A stretch of DNA of 64,000 bases. Origin: Macrostomum lignano (lineage: Eukaryota). The stretch covers positions 124,001 to 188,000 of the forward strand of contig NIVC01000694.1 of the NCBI GenBank assembly GCA_002269645.1, given 5' to 3'. The notes below the pieces were generated by a model, which saw nothing but the letters and a program-made list of their open reading frames with translations, had not been told where the DNA came from and did not search any database. The translations under genes and the position numbers were made by a program. This document shows positions 11,745 to 23,900 of this stretch, in pieces (the stretch's first letter is position 1; each line of letters starts with the position of its first letter).

Positions 11745-14120
11745 TATATTGTCACAGAAGATTGCCTTTTCAAAAACCACCTTTAATTTAGAAATAAAAA
11801 CAAAAACACTGAATTTAAAAAATAACATTAAGGAAATTTATTTAACAGTTTTTGAAGGGTCTTTTTATTGTCAAATTTTGTTTTTTCCATTTTGAAAAAT
11901 TTAAAAATGCAAACGACATTGGGCCTTTTAATTGTCAAATTTATTTTCTGTTTTTGTATAAATTTTAATAAAACTTTCTGAAATACATAAAAATTACAGT
12001 CAATTTATCCCAATTCCCAAGAGTGTGTCTAAGCCACTATCTAATTTTTACCTCAGTATTTAAAAAAAAACCTACAAGTCTAGGAAATTTTGTCTAAAAG
12101 AATAATTAAATTAGCTGTCTGATTCTTTACTTTTTATTTGTCTTAATCAATTGACCACGTCCACTCTAGATTTTTGTCTATTTTAGATGGTATATAACTA
12201 AGACTGCCATAGCTATTATTGACTACTGGTATTGAGGGGGAGCTAGGCCTACCAATATTCTAGCATTACTATTCCTCTCATAGGTTCCTTTCTTGTAGCC
12301 TTGTCCTGCTAGTTCTTCTACCTACTCATCTTGTCTCTATCACTATCTAATAAGATATTGAGCCAAATTTCTTCCCTAGCTCCTTCAAGTATAGCAGTCT
12401 TGGTATATGGTGGTGGTCTTGGTCCTATACCTTTTAGATTTTCATAGGCCTAATTAATAGATTAAAACCATTTTAACTCTTAGAAGTTTGATTTTAGAAT
12501 TGCATTTTTTTAGTAAATAGGCCCCTACATTTTTTCACTGAAGTCTCTAATCTTGAAATCATTTTTATATAATAAGCTTTATTATTTAAATAATTAAAAA
12601 ATCCTTGCTTAGGCCTAGCATTTATGATTTTAAAATATAGTTTTTTAATTTACCTTGGCAGCTTGGCTTATCTATCTTCCTTTGGCTTTTAAACTATCTA
12701 TTTTATATAAGTCTTGGCTTAGATCTAAGATAGAAAACCTGCAAAAAATCTAATACATTTTGCCATTGAGCTAAAAATGAGATTATATGATAAAACTTAA
12801 AAATAAAATGTGTTAGAAAATTATATCAAAAAGTGCAAATGTGTATTTTTTGGCACTTGTCAAGTTCTATTTGTTAAATTATTTTGACTTTAGAAAAGTA
12901 TTATACAAACTATTTTAAGTACAAATAACTACTTTTAAGAGACTTTTTCTTAATTAGGCACTAATTCTATGTTTCAAAACTTGTTATAATATATCTAACA
13001 CTGGAAAGCTATAACAGTCTATGGCCAAAACATTAATAAGTGAACATGTCTTTACAGAAACAAATAAAAAATATTATTGTTTATGGTCAAATGGCCAACA
13101 AACAGCAAAAGCTTTATATACTACAGCCTGATTGCAGTGCATGGGCATTTTGGCGGACGGCGTCCGGCGCGGATCAGCCTGCGCGGCGCAGCATTGGTGG
13201 TGGACCAGGGGTAAGTCGCAAAAATGCCACCCCATAGAATACGGGCGTAGTACTAATTAGATGCCGAGGCATTTAGGCTTGATAAGACAGTCAAAGTTAC
13301 TCCTGCCGTTTACCCAAAACTGCATTAATTTTGCTTTAGGGTTTCTTTCACAGGTAAGTCATTTCACAGCGTGGCGCAGGTTGTGTAGGCGTCTGGCGTA
13401 CTTAAGCCATGCGCTGCAATAGGGCACTACAGTAGTAGGAATCCAATATAGAATATTCCCAAATGGTTTTATTGGGTTTAATTGACACCACAATTCCTCT
13501 AAGTATGTTTCAAATAAGGCTTGTGAAGTCCCATGCATGTGGCATGCAGCATATAGCCTTGCTAAATTTACGACTTTACTTTTTGTTTTTTGTTATTTGT
13601 CAACTTTTTGAAAATCATTGATGTTTAGACTAGACCATAGACCCTTTTTCAAGTAAAAAAATGTTCAAACATTTTGGCCATAGACTATTGCAGCTTTCTA
13701 GTGTCAGATACATTATGACAAGTTTTGAAGCATATAATTAATGCTTAATCAGCCTTAAGTCTCTTAAAAGTATTTATTTGTACTTAAAATAGTTCATAGA
13801 TTACTTTTCTGGAGTCAAAATAATTAACCAAACTAAACTTGGCAATTGCCAATTTTTAAAAAAATATGCTTAAGATATTGCAATTTGCAAAATGATGATA
13901 TTGCTTTTGCTAAGAATGAAGATAAAAATACTAAATGCTAAATTATTTTTCCTTTTTACAATTTTGCTATACATTTGTTCTTTGGAAAATATTTTTTGGT
14001 TTTCATTTTTTATTGTTTTCTATTTTGTCAAATTGATTCAAATTGTTAATTAAAGTAATATTTGAAGATAATAATAATATGACATATATAAAACAGTAAT
14101 AATAACAAAGTAATATATAT

Positions 14121-14167
<47 letters not shown>

Positions 14168-17100
14168 ATGAATATCCTAATAAGACAAATTTGGTAGGAA
14201 TTTAAATTTAGCCTTCTAAGAAAACCATCTAGTCTATTGTTTTAAGTTAATTTAAAAAATAGAACTAGTTCTAGAGAACAAAAAAATAAAATAAGTGTAA
14301 CTTCCATTTTTATTGGCATCTTGTAGTCAATTAATAAAAATTACTCATTTTTACTAATTTGTAATTTGCAATCTAGTAAGTTCTGAAATCATAAAGTGTG
14401 ACAAGTAGACAATATTTTGCGCATGATAAAAATTATATAATTCTATTGGACATACCTAATACAATGAATTTTATCCTAGGCTTAGAAAGTAAACTATTTA
14501 TAAAATGGAACAAGTAATAGATGATTTTTTCTAGTTTGCCTAAATAAGTTTTTATTATAAAAAGCCTTATTTATACATTGTCTTATATACCATAGCCAAG
14601 AAAGCCTTTTGTATATTCCAGAATATATTTTGCAAAAATGCCATTTTATAACTAATATATGCCAAAATTCCTTATGTACATGCCAACTTGTTGACAATTT
14701 TTTTCAATTTATTTTTATTGTTAAAGAGTCAATAATCAATATATTGACAATAATAACAAATTGGATGTAATAAAAAATATGTCATTTTCCTCCTTTTTGC
14801 ATGTCTTAAATTCAAGTCAATTTTTTTCCAAATATAGCCTTTCTTATTAAATATAGCATTTATGACCTATATAAAATTAAAAATTTTTGTAGTATTTATA
14901 TTGAATTGTTTGTCTTTAAATATGAATAGTATCTAGATTATATTTTATTAGATAAAATACTAAGGCAAAATATTTTTATCTAAATAAAATAAGTGGTATT
15001 AAATTTTATATACTGATCAAAACAGTATAATTGTTTCTATTATTATAATCATTACATATCCAACTTTAAAATTTCACCTGGCTATTCCAAAAATTGTAGC
15101 TTAGTTTATTTTCTAGGATTGCAGTAATAGAAGACCTTTTTGGAGCTGCAACATTAAAGGCCCTTTTTTGGGGGTGGGGGTCTTTTGCCTTTGAATACTT
15201 GTCTTTAGCTGTGACTTACTTGTCTTTGGTTGTGACTTTCTAGCCTCTAGTTGTGACTTAGTTATCTTTAGCCATAACATGGTCTCTGTTTTGGGGGTCT
15301 ATAAATTTTGCCAGCTGTGGCTAACAATAAGAGTATATATGCATATTTTGTTGCAAACGATCAAAGCAGTTGAGCTCAGTTTTGCTTAGTATACATGCAA
15401 ATATATGAAACCTTATAAATGGCAACTATCCTGCTCCCAGATCCTCAGTTGCTGGGCCTGTTTTGGTTCTTTCCCTTTGTTTTTTTATTTCCTTGTCTTT
15501 TTTCTTTCCTCTTTTCCCTATTGGAATAAGTTGACAAAACGCGGACGACCGTCTGTTGCATTTTCGGATTCTCCTGGTATCGCGTTGCGCAACAGTGGTG
15601 TCAAGTGGTGTGTCGCGTCGCGCGACACTGGAAACCTGGTGTCGTCATGTGTCGCATCGCGGCCTGGACCTGTAGCCAAAACCTTGCAAACTGTGTTTCA
15701 TTGTAATATGTTCACGGTTGTTTCTCGTATTTAAATGTTTCAAACGTGTTTGATAATAACTAGTTCTTGAATTGTTCTTTTTTATTTTGACGGTAAAGTA
15801 ACTAATACTTCAAATATAATTTTTAGAAATGTTACTTGTTAGTTACAATGCATGCGCTGTTTTTCTAAGTGTTGTACCTTTGTTGTTTTACTGTGTTTAT
15901 TGTTTTTTAATTTCTTTTCTTCTTCCGCAAAATTGAAAGGAATACTCTCGTCCCTCGCCCCATGGTCTCGGTGTCGGGAGTGAATGGCAGAACAGGAATT
16001 GTCAATTGCAATGTGGCTGCTGTGGCGTCCTCCCCCCCCCCCCCAGTCATTCGGTCAACAGACATCGGTGTTGCGTTGCGCGTCGCCGCCCCCCAGTCAA
16101 CAAAATTTGGTGTCGCGTCACGCTTTTGAGGGCACAATTTTGGCACCCGTGTCGCGCATCCGCGGGTTTTTGAAACTTATTCCAATAGGGCCTCTTTTGC
16201 CTTTTTTCTTCCCTTCTTTTTTACCCATTTTTAGGTTGGAATTTTTGTGACTTACCTTGTGCCATACATGTGCAATCTCCAAAATTTGGTTGGCTGTGCA
16301 ACTTAGTTTTAACAAAAAATGTGACATTTTTTGGCCAAAAATGCAACTTACATGTAAAAGAAACCCTAAAGCAAAGTTAATACAACTTTGGATAAATGGC
16401 AAGAGTAACTATGACTTTCTTATTAAAGCAAAATGCCTTGTTATCTACTTAGTACTACTTGGGTATTTATTCGGGTGGGCATTTTTGCAACTTACCTTGG
16501 TTGGCTGCCAAATCAGTTGGCCAGATCGGCTGACTTGGCCAACTGTTGCGCATGTATGCCGCAGGCAGACATCTTGCCACTTGGCAAGGTATTGGGCATA
16601 TATGATTACAATAGATTTAGGCTTATAATTAACTTGATTGAGTTTTTTTTTTCAAAATTTAAAAATTATATTGAGTGCTAAGTCTTTAATAGGTTTATAT
16701 ATTGGCTAATAGTAGGTAGGATCAAATTTTGAAAACCAAGTTTAGCATGTTTGGTATTATTTAACTACTTCAAAAATCAACTGAAAACAGAACCCAAATA
16801 ATCTACTCTAGATAATGTATTTCTTTTTGTAATGCCATGTCATGCATATAAAACAAAGCTATGTAATCAACACACATTGTCTTGTGCTATAAAATAAATT
16901 TACACAGGGGTTTGCTAGCATGAAACAATCGGATTTTGTATTAGAAAGACCTTTTTGGCCATTTAGGGGACCTGTTTATAACAAAGGAGCAAAGCAAGAA
17001 AGAATGGAGGAGAAAGGAAACAAGAAAAAAATTGATTTCACCACCAGCTCAATTTGCTAGTTATACATGTAAATAAAAAGGCATATGATGTAGCAAATCA

Positions 17101-17990
17101 CATGCAAATATGTATTCATTTATTGTCTTTGATATAGGTTTAAGATGCAAAACTGCAATTCATCAAAGCCATTGGATTTTTATGCTCTTTTTTATAGAAA
17201 AGTTTTTTATGAAAGCTGATTGGCTTGCTACATGCTTATGAAACATCAGTGAAACCAATCTAATGCTATTATAAGTAGCATTGTGTGTGCATTTTGAAAC
17301 TTGTTTGTCTAAATATTTTTATTTTCTATAGCAAACAGCCTTGTCAATCAAGTCTTGGCATTGGCGTCAGTCTGAACTTTTATTACATTTGGAGGGGCCA
17401 TGAGAATGATGCACAATGTGGCAGTGTTCTCTTTATGCTGTGTAGTTCTCAGCTACACTTGTGCGCTACTTATAGAAAACAGACAGCCAAGGCTGGTTAC
17501 TTCTCTACCCCTGCATCACGTGGTTTGTGCCGATTCGGGCGAATCTCTCATGTCTGTGTCTGTCAGCATTCAGCCAAGAGCCTGTCCTCTTTATTGTTGT
17601 GCCCAGCTTGGCATCTCTACTTAATAGGTCAGTTGGTTGTGTATGAAAATGCCCAGTCTAGCCTCTTGCTGGATTTATGCCTGTTTCGTCAGCTATTTCT
17701 AGTCTTGTACTCTGCCACCCCTCTGCACCTCCTACTGCATCTTTTTATTTACTATTTTTTGCCCGCGATTCGCCAGGCTATTCTGTGCTTTGGAATCTGG
17801 TCAAACTTCCTAGATATTTTTGCTATTTATGGAGCACATTTGACTCACCTCGCCCTGACAAAGCTGTTCCTTTTTTATCTATCTATTCTAGACACAGAAT
17901 CTGCACTCTATAATGTTGTTTCACATTGTTCGAGTATAGCAGCATGTTATTTTGGTTTGAATTTCGATTGTCTGGAGCTGAATATTTGAC
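11745..17990. mobile_element. AT-rich, CpG-depleted nest of old, related repeat copies in both orientations; element class not determined
   Basis: Abrupt composition change. Internal homologies: 12849-13030 vs 13672-13852 (inverted), 13215-13370 vs 16345-16505 (inverted), and short direct matches 15115-15145 vs 16937-16965 and about 15370-15405 vs 17045-17075. No transposase recognised. Confidence 0.55.
14129..14162. repeat. (TA)n microsatellite
   Basis: Read directly. Confidence 0.95.
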
Positions 17991-18498
17991 CCGATGCGGT
18001 CCGCCATCTGGGCTCGCACTCCAACCTGCGGTAGCCAAGCAAATGGTTGCCAAAATCAGCCTTTCTTCTGCTCTCGCCCACCCTCTCTGCTCTCCCCGGG
18101 GTCATAGGCGAGCATTGTGAGGGGCTGAACTAGTCCTTACCAGTTGCTTCCTCTGGCTAGAGACAGGCGGGTCTCATTGGCCGCCGGGGCTACCCCGACC
18201 TACAAATTCACTTGGCTGCCGCGTGCGCCTCCACTCAACCAGCGAGTTTTTTCTAATTTAAAAAGCAATGAAACGCCTAGAGAGGCTCGCATTCAGCCCC
18301 ACTGCTTCATTCATGCGCCATTGATGAAATTGCTTTCTGCTTCTCACCTTGACTGGAACTACTATATTCGAGTTTTGATTCGCGTAGGACTATTGAGTTT
18401 GTAGGTAAGTATATTTAATTTACCTGGGCCAGGCCTGCTTCAGTTCTGTTGAGTGATGACCAGCTGAGTTTCCCGGTCTGTGCCTCTGCTCTCTGTAG

Positions 18499-19980
18499 AT
18501 GCCGAAGGCCTGCGAGTCAACGGAGAGCCTTGGTAAAAAGGCGGCGGCTTCGGGAGAGGAGCTCGCCTCTTCAGAGGACCCGGTGCAGCTGAAGCGGCGC
18601 ATCACCCTCATCAATGGGGTCAGCATCATTGTCGGCTCCATCATCGGGTCCGGGATCTTTGTTAGCCCGACTGGCATTTTCAAGGAGGTAAACAGCGTAG
18701 GCGCCTCCCTGCTAGTGTGGGTCGCTTGCGGCGTGTTCAGCTTCTTTGGGGCGTACAGCTACGCGGAGCTGGGCACGATGATTCAGCGGTCGGGCGCTGA
18801 CTACGCCTATGTTCTGGACGCGTTCGGCCCGTTCCTCGGCTTCCTGCGCGTCTGGTGCGAGATCATCGTCATGCGGCCCTGCGGCCAGACCATTGTGGCA
18901 CTCACATTCGCCAAGTACGTCCTGGAGCCAATTTTCACAGGTTGCCAGGCGCCCATCATTACTGAGAAGCTGCTGGCTGCCCTCTGCATCACCATCATCA
19001 CCTTCGCCAACTGCTGCAGCGTCCGCGCGTCCACCATTATCCAGGACGTCTGCACCTGGGGCAAGACCATCGCCCTGCTGGGTATCATCGCTGCCGGCGT
19101 TGCCCAGGTTTGCCGCGGTCGCGTTGAGGCCTTCAATGATGCCTTCGCTGACACCACGCTCGGCATCGGCAATCTTGTGCGGGCCTTCTACTCCGGCCTG
19201 TTCGCTTATAATGGCTGGAACTACTTGAACTGCGTCACTGGCGAGATGAAGAATCCGCAGCGGGACCTGCCTCTGGCCATCTTCATCTCCTGCGCGCTGG
19301 TCACCGTGGTCTACGTCCTGGCCAACGCCGCCTACTTCACCACCGTGCCAGTCAGCATCTTCGTCTCCACTCCAGCTGTTGCCATTCTGTTTGCACAGAA
19401 GCTGTTCGGCCCGCTGGCCATGGTGATGCCCGTCTTCGTGTCTTTGTCCACCTTCGGTGGCGTCAACGGCATCATGCTCACCACGTCCAGGCTGTTCTAC
19501 ACCGCCGCTGAAGAGGGCCACATGCCAGCCGTGCTCTGCATGATCCAGCGCAAGCTGCTGACACCGCTGCCAGCTGTGCTGCTTGTTGGCCTGCTGTCGC
19601 TCGTCTACTTGGTGGCCGATGACATCTACATGCTGATGAACTACATGGGCTTCGTCAACTGGCTGGCCATCGGCCTGTCTGTCTTCATCGTGCTGTACTT
19701 CCGCATCACGCGACCGCTCGCGCCCCGGCCGATACGGGTGCCCATCGTGTTCCCGGTGGTGTACACCCTGCTCACCGTGCTGCTGTGCACCAACACCTTC
19801 ATTGGCGCCTTCCAGGAGAGCGTCATGGGCATCCTTATTATCCTGACCGGCATCCCGGTCTACCTGGTCGGCGTTGCTTGGCAAAGGAAACCAACCTCGC
19901 TGTTGAAGGCCAGCTCCAGCTTCACCCGCTTGGTGCAGAAGCTGTTCCTGGTGCAGCTCGAAGACAAGGATGCAGACTGA
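18499..19980 (+). CDS. L-type/heteromeric amino acid transporter light chain (SLC7 LAT family), intronless CDS, 493 aa
   Basis: LKRRITLINGVSIIVGSIIGSGIFVSPTG, YAELGT, GLFAYNGWNYLN and NPQRDLP motifs with about 12 TM segments. A 5'-UTR intron is likely at 18405-18498 (GTAAGT...CTGTAG). Paralog not assignable. Confidence 0.95.
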   Translation: MPKACESTESLGKKAAASGEELASSEDPVQLKRRITLINGVSIIVGSIIGSGIFVSPTGIFKEVNSVGASLLVWVACGVFSFFGAYSYAELGTMIQRSGADYAYVLDAFGPFLGFLRVWCEIIVMRPCGQTIVALTFAKYVLEPIFTGCQAPIITEKLLAALCITIITFANCCSVRASTIIQDVCTWGKTIALLGIIAAGVAQVCRGRVEAFNDAFADTTLGIGNLVRAFYSGLFAYNGWNYLNCVTGEMKNPQRDLPLAIFISCALVTVVYVLANAAYFTTVPVSIFVSTPAVAILFAQKLFGPLAMVMPVFVSLSTFGGVNGIMLTTSRLFYTAAEEGHMPAVLCMIQRKLLTPLPAVLLVGLLSLVYLVADDIYMLMNYMGFVNWLAIGLSVFIVLYFRITRPLAPRPIRVPIVFPVVYTLLTVLLCTNTFIGAFQESVMGILIILTGIPVYLVGVAWQRKPTSLLKASSSFTRLVQKLFLVQLEDKDAD

Positions 19981-20953
19981 AGTGTTGGGAGTGCAAATCT
20001 CAGAGAAATGCACTGCTATGCGTTACTCTGCTTTCTGTGCAAATCGTGACTGCCCCATTGGTGCTTTGTTGCCTTTGCTTTTTACTCAAAGTTTGCTTGC
20101 ACCTCAAAAATCAGCAGCCGATTTGTGTGCCAAAATTACATAGCGTTAGGGTCAGAAATATCAAGTAATCACTCAATGTGAGCTGTTCGATTTATAACAA
20201 CTTTTGTAAATCACTTTCGCCTTAATACAGTGTGACACCCTCTGTTCAATGCTGTTTTCTCGTTTTTATCGCTTGCTGTGATTAGCTGCTAAAGGTGGCA
20301 CACCTGTTTAGTGAACAAAAAAGCTTTACTTTTTTTTTCTACGAGGGAATTTACAGTTAGTTTAAAAGTCTAAGCGAACAAAAAATATACACGTTCTAAT
20401 TAAGTTTTCTGGTACATTTAGAGCTTTGAAAAAGCATAAGCGCTTTTTGTTGCATGTCAGCCTTGTAAGAAAATAGTATGAACTTTTGGGAAAGTGCAGA
20501 AAATTGAATTCGCCTGTCCAATTTTATAGTTCTCAAAAATCGATACAAACATACGAGGATGTAAATATACTAATATAAGTATACACTAATACAAAAATAC
20601 TTGATTAATGCAACCCACGTTGATGCATTATGCACTGTATTAAGATACGGTATTAGTTAACAAATACATGAATTGTTTTGTTTAACAATTTTTGTTAGTA
20701 TGTCTCGTTAAGTCTGACAATTGCATAGTTTAAGCTTATTTATAATTTAGCATTATTATACTTAAAGCCTTGACTTATAATGATGGTATGGCATTCCATT
20801 GAAGCTATAAATTCAACATGAACTACCTAAATTGATAGCCGTTTTTTGGCGAACCAGCTCTAAACATGGTTCCTCCTACATCCTGATCATTCCAGCTGAG
20901 CAGCTCAAACTCTAGATTCTATTGCTCCCGGCAAGGTCCGCAGTGTCGACCCT

Positions 20954-23900
20954 ATGTCGCAGGGCAGCGGTCGCATTGCAGTTGTGGTGATAAAGAGAAA
21001 TCCCCAGCTTGACCAGCTCGCTCTCTCGCTTTCAGCACAGGCGGCGCAGTCCGGAGCTGAAGTTGGAGAAGGAAATTCAGCTAAAATGCGGCGAAAGACC
21101 AAAAAGCGCAGAGGCTCGCAAGTCTCGTCTGGATCACTCGAGGTCACAAGCTATGCGGATGCTGAACAGACAGCTGCAAGAACAAAGAAGAAACGAATGC
21201 AGCAAGGTGGCGACTCAGAGACCACAGAGGCGCCTGGAGTCTCTGGAGTCTCCACAGACGCTGAGCAGGCATTTGAATCAAAGAGGAAACGGAAGAAGCG
21301 CAATGTCAGCTTGGGCACTGTGGTCGCGGCCTTCACTGATTCTGAGCAAGGAGACGCACAAGCAGAGCAGAAACAGCGAAAGCAGCTAAACCGCGGCTTG
21401 GAGACCACCGAGTCAAATCAACCTGTAACCTCAGCTTGTGTGAGTTCCAGCAGCAGCAGTGTACTATTCGAGAAGCATACTGTGCCGAAGAAAAACTCAG
21501 AAAAGCATACTAAACAGAACTCGTCGCACCCAGAAGGGGATTCTGCAAATACTGCATCGAATTTAGCATCTAAAACTTCTGATTTGAGCATCTGCGATCC
21601 CCGTTCTCCAGTCAGCGCAAATGAAACAGCAACAGAAGAACAGAGCACGACAGAAGACTTACGTGTTATTTCTGAGACTGCCGTCTCTCCTGGAAAAGAC
21701 GTACCTCGCTCTGAGCTTGGGACATCTCAAATTATTAAGAACGACTCTTCTAATCCATCTGAGCTTTCCCATTCAGCCAGTTCAGAGAGATCCCTAGCAA
21801 AGCGAAAAGATTGTCAAATGCATTCGATTACGACTGATACAAAAAGTGTTTTGAAGAAACCTGTTAAGAGTCCGAGACTCGACTACCTGACGCAAACTCA
21901 AAGCGGTCACACACACAAGCCGGGTGCATCAAAACCTGAAAGTGACGAAACTTTAAAGGTTTCTCCTAATCATTCCAACGCTGCACTTGAGTCAAACCGT
22001 TGTCCAGTCATTGTTTTGCTTCGAGATCCTAAACTGGATCAACAGGTTAGAGATGACTCGCTTGATTTTCTGAGGGACAAAACCTCCGAAAAAACAATTG
22101 TTGCAAGCAAACCGCACTGTGAAAATTCCACCGAGAATTTTTATATTGAACAGCAGAATGCCATCTCAGACAAGAGCAAAAAGGTAACTAATTTTAAGTC
22201 TCCAAGCACGTCTGTGAAAGACAATTTTCCCGCAGAAGATCAGTCGTTCGAAGAAGATTCCGATATGAGAAGCGAGCCATCTGATAGCGGACCACCCAAC
22301 GAGCGTGTGCAGTCTGCACAATCGGAATTAGACAACGTTTTCTGTTTCTCGCTCGATGATGACGATCAAGAAGATATAGACTATGATCTACTTTCAGAAA
22401 ATTCAACTGACATTAGACCAAGCAACCGAGCTTCGCAGGATCTAACTTCAAAGAACCAAATAGCATCGCTTAAGGAACCGGGAAACGACAGAAGTCCACA
22501 GGCTACTGACTCGTTAGCCAAAGCAAAACCTGGCAGTCACCAGTCAGCTGAGAATTCATCTTCATTAATTTCTGTTAAGGCTTCGAATAATGCGCCGGAT
22601 GCTATTGAACTCACTGAAAACACTGGTGAGCCAACTGACAAGCTTATTATTCACCACCAGCCTGCTAATGATGAAGAACCAACCGAAGAGGACAATTCGC
22701 AACATCTTCCTGTCCAGGACGCAGCACCACCATGTAACAAAGCTCCGAACAGAGATGGCAGCCCTCAGCCTGTTGACACGCTGACGAAATCAAAATGTGA
22801 CTACCAACCTATGGAGAACCCGTTTCGCAAGAAAATCCCCAAAAAGTCAGGAAAAAATTCAACATCGAAACGCGACAGTCAATCTAACAAAACTTTTAAC
22901 TGCCAAAACGATTGTGTTCCGCTGCCAAGTGGCAAAAGCACTCCAATTTGCGAAGAAAGGAGTGTCTCCAAAGATCAACAACAGTCCGAGGCGATCAACA
23001 GGCCAACGGGGTCTGAAGCAGGCCCTTCCAGACCACATAAGACAATGAGACAACCGGATGATGCTGTGAAGCAGCGAGCTACTAAAGAAATCCTTTGTAT
23101 TTTAAATGAGCTTCTTAACGCTGGTGCCTTGACCGAAAAAAATCGTTCATTCGATAAGCAGAAGGTAATGCAGCGCATAGAGCTCAGTTGTCTCGATAAG
23201 GTTGAATTGAGTTCAAATGATTCGACAGATATTTTAGAGACAGCCTTTAGTCAGTTCGGAGCAGAAATGTTTTGTAAAATTGAGAGCAGTCTAATTGAGA
23301 TCGAAAAATTGGACCTCGAGTGCTTAAAGGACCGATGCTTCTCTTTAAAGTACATGCCGCGTGATCTTGTCGATCGAATTGTTGAATTGGCATTTGTTAA
23401 GCGTGCGTGCTTTAGGCTTTCTATTCCCGAAGAGTTGGATCAAGTTACCACAACTTTGTGGCAGCTATTCTCATTGCTTGGTAAAAAAATGGACTTCCTT
23501 GCCTGCCTCAACCAAATCGAACGAATTCCGCCATCTATTTATTCTGAACATCGGTTACCGGAATCTCTTATATCAAGTATCGCTAGTGTGTTGCGTGAAA
23601 ACCGGCAGTACTTTTTTCTCTATGTGCACGATTCCTTTCTCGGCAGTTTGCGCGACAGGTTGAACAGCTCTCTGTTAGAGATTAAAAGGTCAGTTCCAGC
23701 TGATGTATTTACTCGATCGCTTTCAGTCGCCATTTGCAGGCATATTCGTTGGATTACTCATCCCATGCGAAGTTTAAAACGTTTAAATTCAACTGATAAT
23801 TTGGTGCAAAGAATTAAATTCATTTGCAGCGCCTTTGGCGTCGAATATCCTCGAACTGAAATGAGAATCCTAGAGGTTATTGTCCAAGCTCAAAGGCTTG

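Noticed and set aside
12010-12470. Possible relic coding frame with Gln/Arg codons mutated to stops
   Set aside because: All three minus frames read about equally plausibly, so no frame or protein family can be supported.
17285-17989. 234-aa plus-strand ORF in the AT-rich block
   Set aside because: Leu/Phe/Cys-rich with no motif and no ATG start; typical of a chance or antisense frame in decayed DNA.
18712-20013. Long antisense or alternate-frame ORFs over GC-rich genes (also 33436-34761, 55282-56067, 43933-44667, 62254-62820)
   Set aside because: Shadow ORFs produced by GC-rich codon bias; no recognisable domains.
20545-20710. Possible MITE with weak inverted ends
   Set aside because: The match is short and AT-rich, with no TSD identified.
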